Shown: piece by piece, positions 1 through 12,100 of the stretch
Layout: each line of letters starts with the position of its first letter
How positions within the stretch are numbered: position 1 is the stretch's first letter
Source: the human T2T-CHM13v2.0 reference genome, Homo sapiens
Direction: 5' to 3' (one strand)
DNA length: 64,000 bases
Assembly: GCF_009914755.1 (NCBI RefSeq)
Contig: NC_060948.1
Program-made: the position numbers and the translations under genes
Notes under the pieces: generated by a model
What the model saw: only the letters and a program-made list of their open reading frames with translations
What the model was told of the DNA's origin: nothing
Database searches by the model: none

Positions 1-1055
1 CGAATGGAATGCAATCGAATGGAATGGAATCGAACGGAATGGAATAAAATGGAAGAAAACTGGCAAGAAATGGAATCGAAATGAATGGAGTGTTATGGAA
101 CGGACTCAAAAGGAATTGAATGTAATAGAATGGAGTGGAGTGGACTCGAATATAATGGACTGGAATGGAATGAAATCACATGGAATGGGAACGAATGGAA
201 TGGAATGGAAAGGAATGGAATCGAATGGAAAGGAATCGAATGGAAGGGAATGAAATTGAATCAACAGGAATGGAAGGGAATAGAATAGACGGTAATGGAA
301 TGGACTCGAATAGAATGGACACGAAGGCTCAAATTGAATGGACTCGAATGGAATGGAAACGAAAGGAATGTCATCGAATGGAATTGAATCGATTGGAATG
401 AAATCGCATAGAATGGAGTGGAATCAAATGGAATTGAATCGAAAGGAAAGGAAGCGAATGGACTGAAATGAAATGGAATGGAATTGAATGGAAAGTAATG
501 CAATGGAATAGAATGGAACGAAATTTCACGGAATGGAATCAAACTGAATGGAATCAAATCAATCGAATCAAATCAAATGGAATGGAAAGGAATTGAATGG
601 AGTAGATTGGATTGGATGGGATTGGAATGAAATGTACTGGAAAGGACTCGAATTTCATGAAACGGAATGGAATGAATTGGAACGGAATGGACTCGAATGG
701 AATGGAATGTCATGGAATGGCATCAAATGGAATGGCATCAAATGGAATGGAATCGAATGCAATGGAATGCTATGGAATGGAATGGAATGCATTGGAATGG
801 AATGTCCTGTAATGGAATGGATTCGAGTGGAATGGAATCGAATATAATGGAGTCGAATGAAATGGAATTGAAAAGAATGGGACCGAATACAATGGAATAT
901 ACTGGAATGTAATGTAATGAACTCGAATGTAATTGACTGGAATGGGATGTACATGAATGGAATGTAATCGAATGGAAAGTAATCCAATGGAATAGAATCT
1001 AATGCAATAAAATCGACTCAGATAGAGTAGAATGTAATGGAATGGAGTGCAGTGC

Positions 1056-1145
1056 AATGGAATGGAATGGAATGGAATGCAATGGAATGGAATGGAATGG
1101 AATGGAATGGAATGGAATAGAATGGGATGGGATGGAATGGTATGG
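1056..1145 (+). repeat. Near-pure (GGAAT)n tract inside the monomer, variable in copy number between monomers
   Basis: Longest run of unmutated pentamers in each unit, following GAGTGCAGTGCAAT. Equivalent tracts lie at ~4655-4755, ~11837-11945, ~29630-29695 and ~54488-54545 with different lengths. Confidence 0.85.
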
Positions 1146-1454
1146 AATGGATAGTAATGGACTGGAGTGAAATGGACTGGAAAGGAATGGACTCAAATTG
1201 AAAGGGCTCGAAAGGAATGGAGTCCAATGGAATGGTCTGGAATGGAATGAACACGAATGTAATGCAATCCAATAGAATGGAATCGAATGGCATGGAATAT
1301 AAAGAAATGGAATCGAAGAGAATGGAAACAAATGGAATGGAATTGAATGGAATGGAATTGAATGGAATGGGAACGAATGGAGTGAAATTGTATGCAGTAG
1401 AAGGGAATAGAATGGAATGCAAGCGAAAGGAAAGGAATGGATTGGAATGGAATG

Positions 1455-1498
1455 GAATTCATTGGAATGGAAGGGAATGTATTGTAATGGACAGGCCT
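1455..1498. other. Diagnostic EcoRI (GAATTC 1455-1460) and StuI/HaeIII (AGGCCT 1493-1498) landmarks, once per monomer
   Basis: GGCC at 1494, 5107, 8676, 12294, 15858, 19427, 22980, 26529, 30043, 33582, 37131, 40700, 44264, 47812, 51341, 54895 and 58454; mutated to GACC at 62007. This accounts for the classical ~3.4-3.6 kb male-specific HaeIII/EcoRI band. Confidence 0.9.
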
Positions 1499-1868
1499 GG
1501 AATAAAGTGGAATGCTACGGTCTCGAATGGAATAAAAATGTATGGAATGGAATGCAATGAAACGGAATCGAATGTCATAGAATGTAATGGAATGCAAAAA
1601 AATGGAATCCAAAATCATTGACTGGAAAGGCTGGGTGTCGAAAGGAATTGACTCTAATGGTATGGAATCGAATGGAATGGAAGTGAATAGAATCGAACTA
1701 AATCGAATGGAATGGAATTGATAGGAACGGAATGGAAAGGAATGCAATGATTTTGCATGGAATGGAATCGAATGGCATCGAATGGAATGGAATGGAATGC
1801 AATGGAATGGAATGTATTAGAATGTAATGAACTTTAATGGAATGTACTCGAATGGATTCGACTGGAAT

Positions 1869-1883
1869 GGAATGTTCTGGAAG
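1869..1883. promoter_or_regulatory. Consensus heat-shock element #1 (gGAAtgTTCtgGAAg); present in all 18 monomers
   Basis: Exact match to nGAAnnTTCnnGAAn. Most subfamily B copies read gGAAtgTTCtcGAAg (e.g. ~30420, ~33960), still perfect. The motif is seen directly; binding here is inferred from the known HSF1-HSat3 association. Confidence 0.6.
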
Positions 1884-2148
1884 TGAATGGACTCCAATGG
1901 AATGGATTCAAAAGGAATGGAATCGTACGGAATGGAATCTAATGGAATGGAATTAAATGGAAATGAATCAAATTGAATAGCACGGAATTGAATTGAATGG
2001 AATGGAATGCAATGGAATCTAATGAAACGGAAAGGAAAGGAATGGAATGGAATGGAATGGGCTGGAATGGAAAGGAATCGAAACGAATGGAATGGAATCG
2101 AACTGAAGAGACTGGAATGGAATGCACTGGAATGGAAGGGAGTGTAAT

Positions 2149-2163
2149 GGAAGTTTCTCGAAA
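2149..2163. promoter_or_regulatory. Consensus heat-shock element #2 (gGAAg[g/t]TTCtcGAAa); present in all 18 monomers
   Basis: Exact match to nGAAnnTTCnnGAAn. Monomers 1 and 3 have GAAgtTTCtcGAA; the others have GAAggTTCtcGAA (e.g. ~5762, ~12950, ~62652). Confidence 0.6.
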
Positions 2164-3169
2164 AAAATGGAATCGAATGGAATGGAATTGAATGAGACGG
2201 AATAGAGTCGAATGGAATTGAATGGAATGGAATGGACTAGAGTGAAATGGAATCGAACCACAAGGAATGGACAGGAATAGAATGGTCTCGAATTGAATGG
2301 AATCGTATGGAATGGCATCAAACGGAATGGAATGGACAGCCACGGAATGGAATGCACTCGAATGCAATGGAGTCGAAACTAATGGACTGGAATAGAATGG
2401 ACTCGACTGGTACGGACTCCAATGGAATGGAATCGAATGGAAGGGAATCGAACGGAATGGACTCGAAGGGAAAAGACTGCAATGGAAAGGTCTCGAATGG
2501 AATGGAAATTAATGGAATGGAATGGAATCGAATGAAATGGAGTCAAAAGGAATGGAATCGAATGGCAAGAAATCGAATGTAATGGAATCGCAAGGAATTG
2601 ATGTGAACGGAACGGAATGGAATGGAATCCAAAGGAATGGAATAGAATGGAATGGAATCGAATGGAAAGGACTCGAATGGAAATCACTCGAATAGAATGC
2701 AATTTAATAAAATAGGATCAAATGTAATGGAATGGAATGGAAAGGAATCCAAACGAAAGGAATGGAGACAGATGGAATGGAATGGAACAGAGAGCAATGG
2801 TATAGAATGGAATGGAATCATCTGGAATGGAATTGAATGGAATGGAATAATATGAAATGGAATGGAATGGAATGGAATGCCCTTGAATTAAATGGACTGG
2901 AATGCACTGGACTCGAACAGAGTGGAATGGAAAGTGTTGAGATAGAATGGAATGGACTCCTTTGGAATGGTGTAGTATGCAATGCAATCGACTGGCAGGG
3001 AATCAAAAGGAATGTAATGGAATGGATTGGACTGGAATGCAATGGACTCGAATAGATTGGAAACGGAATGCAAAGGAATGGAATGGAATAGTATGGAATG
3101 GAATGGAAAGGAATGGAGTGGAATAGACTAGAGTGGAATGGAATGGACTGGAAAGCAATGGACTGGAAT

Positions 3170-3184
3170 GGAACTTTCTTGAAT
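3170..3184. promoter_or_regulatory. Consensus heat-shock element #3 (gGAActTTCttGAAt); intact in 17 of 18 monomers
   Basis: Exact match to nGAAnnTTCnnGAAn, disrupted only at 60139-60153 (TTC>TTA). Confidence 0.55.
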
Positions 3185-6100
3185 GGACTGGAATCAAACG
3201 GAATGGAATGCAATGCAATCAAATGGCATGGAATAAAATAGAATGAAAGAGAATCAAATGGAATTGAATCGAATGGAATCGAATGGATTGGAAAGGAATT
3301 GAATGGAATGGAATGGAATTGACTCAAATGGAATGGACTAGAATGGAATGGATTCGAATGGAAGGCAAAGGAATGGAATCTATTGGAATGGACTGTAATG
3401 GAATGGAATGGAAGGGATTGGAATGGACTCGAATGGAATGGACTGCAATAGAAAGGATTCGAATGGAATGAAAAAGAATTGAATGGAATAGAACAGAATG
3501 GAATCAAATCGAATGAAATGGAATGGAATAGAAAGGAATGGAATGAAATGGAATGGAAAGGATTCGAATGGAATGCAATCGAATGGAATGGAATCGAACG
3601 GAATGGAATAAAATGGAAGAAAACTGGCAAGAAATGGAATCGAAATGAATGGAGTGTTATGGAACGGACTCAAAAGGAATTGAATGTAATAGAATGGAGT
3701 GGAGTGGACACGAATATAATGGACTGGAATGGAATGAAATCACATGGAATGGGAACGAATGGAATGGAATGGAAAGGAATGGAATCGAATGGAAAGGAAT
3801 CGAATGGAAAGGAATGGAATCGAATGGAAAGAATGGAAAGGAAGGGAATGAAATTGAATCAACAGGAATGGAAGGGAATAGAATAGACGGTAATGGAGTG
3901 GACTCGAATAGAATGGACACGAATGCTCAAATTGAATGGACTCGAATGGAATGGAAACGAAAGGAATGTCATCGAATGGAATTGAATCGATTGGAATGAA
4001 ATCGCATAGAATGGAGTGGAATCAAATGGAATTGAATCGAAAGGAAAGGAAGCGAATGGACTGAAATGAAATGGAATGGAATTGAATGGAAAGTAATGCA
4101 ATGGAATAGAATGGAACGAAATTTCACGGAATGGAATCAAACTGAATGGAATCAAATCAATGGAATCAAATCAAATGGAATGGAAAGGAATTGAATGGAG
4201 TAGATTGGATTGGATGGGATTGGAATGAAATGTACTGGAAAGGACTCGAATTTCATGAAACGGAATGGAATGAATTGGAACGGAATGGACTCGAATGGAA
4301 TGGAATGTCATGGAATGGCATCAAATGGAATGGCATCAAATGGAATGGAATCGAATGCAATGGAATGCTATGGAATGGAATGGAATGCATTGGAATGGAA
4401 TGTCCTCTAATGGAATGGATTCGAGTGGAATGGAATCGAATATACTGGAGTCGAATGAAATGGAATTGAAAGGAATGGGATCGAATACAATGGAATATAC
4501 TGGAATGTAATGTAATGAACTCGAATGTAATTGACTGGAATGGAATGTACATGAATGGAATGTAATCGAATGGAAAGTAATCCAATGGAATAGAATCTAA
4601 TGCAATAAAATCGACTCAGATAGAGTAGAATGTAATGGAATGGAGTGCAGTGCAATGGAATGGAATGGAATGGAATGCAATGGAATGGAATGGAATGGAA
4701 TGGAATGGAATGGAATGGAATGGAATGGAATGGGATGGAATGGGATTGAATGGTATGGAATGGATAGTAATGGACTGGAATGAAATGGACTGGAAAGGAA
4801 TGGACTCAAATTGAAAGGGCTCGAAAGGAATGGAGTCAAATGGAATGGTCTGGAATGGAATGAACACGAATGTAATGCAATCCAATAGAATGGAATCGAA
4901 TGGCATGGAATATAAAGAAATGGAATCGAAGAGAATGGAAACAAATGGAATGCAATTGAATGGAATGGAATTGAATGGAATGGGAACGAATGGAGTGAAA
5001 TTGTATGCAGTAGAAGGGAATAGAATGGAATGTAAGCGAAAGGAAAGGAATGGATTGGAATGGAATGGAATTCATTGGAATGGAAGGGAATGTAGTGTAA
5101 TGGACAGGCCTGGAATAAAGTGGAATGCTACGGTCTCGAATGGAATAAAAATGTATGGAATGGAATGCAAAGAAACGGAATCGAATGTCATAGAATGTAA
5201 TGGAATGCAAAAAAATGGAATCCAAAATCATTGACTGGAAAGGCTGGGTGTCGAAAGGAATTGACTCCAATGGAATGGAATCGAATGGAATGGAAGTGAA
5301 TAGAATCGAACTAAATCGAATGGAATGGAATTGATAGGAACGGAATGGAAAGGAATGCAATGATTTGGCATGGAATGGAATCGAATGGCATCGAATGGAA
5401 TGGAATGGAATGCAATGGAATGGAATGTATTAGAATGTAATGAACTTTAATGGAATGTACTCGAATGGATTCGACTGGAATGGAATGTTCTGGAAGTGAA
5501 TGGACTCCAATGGAATGGATTCAAAAGGAATGGAATCGTACGGAATGGAATCTAATGGAATGGAATTAAATGGAAATGAATCAAATTGAATAGCACGGAA
5601 TTGAATTGAATGGAATGGAATGCAATGGAATCTAATGAAACGGAAAGGAAAGGAATGGAATGGAATGGAATGGGCTGGAATGGAAAGGAATCGAAACGAA
5701 TGGAATGGAATCGAACTGAAGAGACTGGAATGGAATGCACTGGAATGGAAGGGAGTGTAATGGAAGGTTCTCGAAAAAAATGGAATCGAATGGAATGGAA
5801 TTGAATGGAACGGAATAGAGTCGAATGGAATTGAATGGAATGGAATGGACTAGAGTGAAATGGAATCGAACCACAAGGAATGGACAGGAATAGAATGGTC
5901 TCGAATTGAATGGAATCGTATGGAATGGCATCAAACGGAATGGAATGGACAGCCACGGAATGGAATGCACTCGAATGCAATGGAGTCGAAACTAATGGAC
6001 TGGAATAGAATGGACTCGACTGGTACGGACTCCAATGGAATGGAATCGAATGGAAGGGAATCGAACGGAATGGACTCGAAGGGAAAAGACTGCAATGGAA

Positions 6101-9100
6101 AGGTCTCGAATGGAATGGAAATTAATGGAATGGAATGGAATCGAATGAAATGGAGTCAAAAGGAATGGAATCGAATGGCAAGAAATCGAATGTAATGGAA
6201 TCGCAAGGAATTGATGTGAACGGAACGGAATGGAATGGAATCCAAAGGAATGGAATAGAATGGAATGGAATCGAATGGAAAGGACTCGAATGGAAATCAC
6301 TCGAATAGAATGCAATTTAATAAAATAGGATCAAATGTAATGGAATGGAATGGAAAGGAATCGAAACGAAAGGAATGGAGACAGATGGAATGGAATGGAA
6401 CAGAGAGCAATGGTATAGAATGGAATGGAATCATCTGGAATGGAATTGAATGGAATGGAATAATATGAAATGGAATGGAATGGAATGGAATGGAATGCCC
6501 TTGAATTAAATGGACTGGAATGGAATGGACTCGAACAGAGTGGAATGGAAAGTGTTGAGATAGAATGGAATGGACTCCTTTGAAATGGTGTAGTATGCAA
6601 TGCAATCGACTGGCAGGGAATCAAAAGGAATGTAATCGAATGGATTGGACTGGAATGCAATGGACTCGAATAGATTGGAAACGGAATGCAAAGGAATGGA
6701 ATGGAATAGTATGGAATGGAATGGAAAGGAATGGAGTGGAATAGACTAGAGTGGAATGGAATGGACTGGAAAGCAATGGACTGGAATGGAACTTTCTTGA
6801 ATGGACTGGAATCAAACGGAATGGAATGCAATGCAATCAAATGGCATGGAATAAAATAGAATGAAAGAGAATCAAATGGAATTGAATCGAATGGAATCGA
6901 ATGGATTGGAAAGGAATAGAATGGAATGGAATGGAATTGACTCAAATGGAATGGACTAGAATGGAATGGATTCGAATGGAAGGCAAAGGAATGGAATCTA
7001 TTGGAATGGACTGTAATGGAATGGAATGGAAGGGATTGGAATGGACTCGAATGGAATGGACTGCAATAGAAAGGATTCGAATGGAATGAAAAAGAATTGA
7101 ATGGAATAGAACAGAATGGAATCAAATCGAATGAAATGGAATGGAATAGAAAGGAATGGAATGAAATGGAATGGAAAGGATTCGAATGGAATGCAATCGA
7201 ATGGAATGGAATCGAACGGAATGGAATAAAATGGAAGAAAACTGGCAAGAAATGGAATCGAAATGAATGGAGTGTTATGGAACGGACTCAAAAGGAATTG
7301 AATGTAATAGAATGGAGTGGAGTGGACTCGAATATAATGGACTGGAATGGAATGAAATCACATGGAATGGGAACGAATGGAATGGAATGGAAAGGAATGG
7401 AATCGAATGGAAAGGAATCGAATGGAAGGGAATGAAATTGAATCAACAGGAATGGAAGGGAATAGAATAGACGGTAATGGAATGGACTCGAATAGAATGG
7501 ACACGAAGGCTCAAATTGAATGGACTCGAATGGAATGGAAACGAAAGGAATGTCATCGAATGGAATTGAATCGATTGGAATGAAATCGCATAGAATGGAG
7601 TGGAATCAAATGGAATTGAATCGAAAGGAAAGGAAGCGAATGGACTGAAATGAAATGGAATGGAATTGAATGGAAAGTAATGCAATGGAATAGAATGGAA
7701 CGAAATTTCACGGAATGGAATCAAACTGAATGGAATCAAATCAATCGAATCAAATCAAATGGAATGGAAAGGAATTGAATGGAGTAGATTGGATTGGATG
7801 GGATTGGAATGAAATGTACTGGAAAGGACTCGAATTTCATGAAACGGAATGGAATGAATTGGAACGGAATGGACTCGAATGGAATGGAATGTCATGGAAT
7901 GGCATCAAATGGAATGGCATCAAATGGAATGGAATCGAATGCAATGGAATGCTATGGAATGGAATGGAATGCATTGGAATGGAATGTCCTGTAATGGAAT
8001 GGATTCGAGTGGAATGGAATCGAATATAATGGAGTCGAATGAAATGGAATTGAAAAGAATGGGACCGAATACAATGGAATATACTGGAATGTAATGTAAT
8101 GAACTCGAATGTAATTGACTGGAATGGGATGTACATGAATGGAATGTAATCGAATGGAAAGTAATCCAATGGAATAGAATCTAATGCAATAAAATCGACT
8201 CAGATAGAGTAGAATGTAATGGAATGGAGTGCAGTGCAATGGAATGGAATGGAATGGAATGCAATGGAATGGAATGGAATGGAATGGAATGGAATGGAAT
8301 AGAATGGGATGGGATGGAATGGTATGGAATGGATAGTAATGGACTGGAGTGAAATGGACTGGAAAGGAATGGACTCAAATTGAAAGGGCTCGAAAGGAAT
8401 GGAGTCCAATGGAATGGTCTGGAATGGAATGAACACGAATGTAATGCAATCCAATAGAATGGAATCGAATGGCATGGAATATAAAGAAATGGAATCGAAG
8501 AGAATGGAAACAAATGGAATGGAATTGAATGGAATGGAATTGAATGGAATGGGAACGAATGGAGTGAAATTGTATGCAGTAGAAGGGAATAGAATGGAAT
8601 GCAAGCGAAAGGAAAGGAATGGATTGGAATGGAATGGAATTCATTGGAATGGAAGGGAATGTATTGTAATGGACAGGCCTGGAATAAAGTGGAATGCTAC
8701 GGTCTCGAATGGAATAAAAATATATGGAATGGAATGCAATGAAACGGAATCGAATGTCATAGAATGTAATGGAATGCAAAAAAATGGAATCCAAAATCAT
8801 TGACTGGAAAGGCTGGGTGTCGAAAGGAATTGACTCCAATGGTATGGAATCGAATGGAATGGAAGTGAATAGAATCGAACTAAATCGAATGGAATGGAAT
8901 TGATAGGAACGGAATGGAAAGGAATGCAATGATTTTGCATGGAATGGAATCGAATGGCATCGAATGGAATGGAATGGAATGCAATGGAATGGAATGTATT
9001 AGAATGTAATGAACTTTAATGGAATGTACTCGAATGGATTCGACTGGAATGGAATGTTCTGGAAGTGAATGGACTCCAATGGAATGGATTCAAAAGGAAT

Positions 9101-12100
9101 GGAATCGTACGGAATGGAATCTAATGGAATGGAATTAAATGGAAATGAATCAAATTGAATAGCACGGAATTGAATTGAATGGAATGGAATGCAATGGAAT
9201 CTAATGAAACGGAAAGGAAAGGAATGGAATGGAATGGAATGGGCTGGAATGGAAAGGAATCGAAACGAATGGAATGGAATCGAACTGAAGAGACTGGAAT
9301 GGAATGCACTGGAATGGAAGGGAGTGTAATGGAAGTTTCTCGAAAAAAATGGAATCGAATGGAATGGAATTGAATGGGACGGAATAGAGTCGAATGGAAT
9401 TGAATGGAATGGAATGGACTAGAGTGAAATGGAATCGAACCACAAGGAATGGACAGGAATAGAATGGTCTCGAATTGAATGGAATCGTATGGAATGGCAT
9501 CAAACGGAATGGAATGGACAGCCACGGAATGGAATGCACTCGAATGCAATGGAGTCGAAACTAATGGACTGGAATAGAATGGACTCGACTGGTACGGACT
9601 CCAATGGAATGGAATCGAATGGAAGGGAATCGAACGGAATGGACTCGAAGGGAAAAGACTGCAATGGAAAGGTCTCGAATGGAATGGAAATTAATGGAAT
9701 GGAATGGAATCGAATGAAATGGAGTCAAAAGGAATGGAATCGAATGGCAAGAAATCGAATGTAATGGAATCGCAAGGAATTGATGTGAACGGAACGGAAT
9801 GGAATGGAATCCAAAGGAATGGAATAGAATGGAATGGAATCGAATGGAAAGGACTCGAATGGAAATCACTCGAATAGAATGCAATTTAATAAAATAGGAT
9901 CAAATGTAATGGAATGGAATGGAAAGGAATCCAAACGAAAGGAATGGAGACAGATGGAATGGAATGGAACAGAGAGCAATGGTATAGAATGGAATGGAAT
10001 CATCTGGAATGGAATTGAATGGAATGGAATAATATGAAATGGAATGGAATGGAATGGAATGCCCTTGAATTAAATGGACTGGAATGGACTGGACTCGAAC
10101 AGAGTGGAATGGAAAGTGTTGAGATAGAATGGAATGGACTCCTTTGGAATGGTGTAGTATGCAATGCAATCGACTGGCAGGGAATCAAAAGGAATGTAAT
10201 GGAATGGATTGGACTGGAATGCAATGGACTCGAATAGATTGGAAACGGAATGCAAAGGAATGGAATGGAATAGTATGGAATGGAATGGAAAGGAATGGAG
10301 TGGAATAGACTAGAGTGGAATGGAATGGACTGGAAAGCAATGGACTGGAATGGAACTTTCTTGAATGGACTGGAATCAAACGGAATGGAATGCAATGCAA
10401 TCAAATGGCATGGAATAAAATAGAATGAAAGAGAATCAAATGGAATTGAATCGAATGGAATCGAATGGATTGGAAAGGAATTGAATGGAATGGAATGGAA
10501 TTGACTCAAATGGAATGGACTAGAATGGAATGGATTCGAATGGAAGGCAAAGGAATGGAATCTATTGGAATGGACTGTAATGGAATGGAATGGAAGGGAT
10601 TGGAATGGACTCGAATGGAATGGACTGCAATAGAAAGGATTCGAATGGAATGAAAAAGAATTGAATGGAATAGAACAGAATGGAATCAAATCGAATGAAA
10701 TGGAATGGAATAGAAAGGAATGGAATGAAATGGAATGGAAAGGATTCGAATGGAATGCAATCGAATGGAATGGAATCGAACGGAATGGAATAAAATGGAA
10801 GAAAACTGGCAAGAAATGGAATCGAAATGAATGGAGTGTTATGGAACGGACTCAAAAGGAATTGAATGTAATAGAATGGAGTGGAGTGGACATGAATATA
10901 ATGGACTGGAATGGAATGAAATCACATGGAATGGGAACGAATGGAATGGAATGGAAAGGAATGGAATCGAATGGAAAGGAATCGAATGGAAAGGAATGGA
11001 ATCGAATGGAAAGAATGGAAAGGAAGGGAATGAAATTGAATCAACAGGAATGGAAGGGAATAGAATAGACGGTAATGGAGTGGACTCGAATAGAATGGAC
11101 ACGAATGCTCAAATTGAATGGACTCGAATGGAATGGAAACGAAAGGAATGTCATCGAATGGAATTGAATCGATTGGAATGAAATCGCATAGAATGGAGTG
11201 GAATCAAATGGAATTGAATCGAAAGGAAAGGAAGCGAATGGACTGAAATGAAATGGAATGGAATTGAATGGAAAGTAATGCAATGGAATAGAATGGAACG
11301 AAATTTCACGGAATGGAATCAAACTGAATGGAATCAAATCAATGGAATCAAATCAAATGGAATGGAAAGGAATTGAATGGAGTAGATTGGATTGGATGGG
11401 ATTGGAATGAAATGTACTGGAAAGGACTCGAATTTCATGAAACGGAATGGAATGAATTGGAACGGAATGGACTCGAATGGAATGGAATGTCATGGAATGG
11501 CATCAAATGGAATGGCATCAAATGGAATGGAATCGAATGCAATGGAATGCTATGGAATGGAATGGAATGCATTGGAATGGAATGTCCTCTAATGGAATGG
11601 ATTCGAGTGGAATGGAATCGAATATACTGGAGTCGAATGAAATGGAATTGAAAGGAATGGGATCGAATACAATGGAATATACTGGAATGTAATGTAATGA
11701 ACTCGAATGTAATTGACTGGAATGGAATGTACATGAATGGAATGTAATCGAATGGAAAGTAATCCAATGGAATAGAATCTAATGCAATAAAATCGACTCA
11801 GATAGAGTAGAATGTAATGGAATGGAGTGCAGTGCAATGGAATGGAATGGAATGGAATGCAATGGAATGGAATGGAATGGAATGGAATGGAATGGAATGG
11901 AATGGAATGGAATGGAATGGGATGGAATGGGATTGAATGGTATGGAATGGATAGTAATGGACTGGAATGAAATGGACTGGAAAGGAATGGACTCAAATTG
12001 AAAGGGCTCGAAAGGAATGGAGTCAAATGGAATGGTCTGGAATGGAATGAACACGAATGTAATGCAATCCAATAGAATGGAATCGAATGGCATGGAATAT

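Noticed and set aside
519-662. Additional HSE-like strings (cGAAatTTCacGGAa ~519-533; GAAtTTCatGAA ~650-661)
   Set aside because: Each has only two correctly spaced units, so they were not counted as perfect HSEs.
1217-1621. Plus-strand 'MEWNG' repeat ORFs recurring in each monomer, similar to the pentapeptide encoded by (TGGAA)n expansions
   Set aside because: A direct consequence of translating GGAAT. Recurrence reflects DNA repetition, and the ORFs are broken by frameshifts or stops in some monomers (e.g. 14, 17, 18). The sequence gives no evidence of translation.
2031-2045. GGAAA-containing runs as ETS/EWS-FLI1 GGAA microsatellites, or G-quadruplex potential
   Set aside because: The period is 5 rather than the 4-bp GGAA repeat, and G-runs are almost all GG with only isolated GGG, so there is no canonical G4 motif.
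43-3237. Six AATAAA hexamers per monomer (43, 1006, 1501, 1531, 2706, 3232) as polyadenylation signals
   Set aside because: They are easily generated from AAT+GGA by G>A changes, and no convincing downstream GU-rich element is present. They cannot be called without 3'-end RNA data.
6331-7248. Long minus-strand ORFs up to 318 aa (FHSIP-like repeats), e.g. 6331-7248, 20612-21568, 38365-39297
   Set aside because: (ATTCC)n has no stop codon in any frame, so long ORFs are expected. Their lengths change with pentamer indels between monomers, and there is no domain or gene context.
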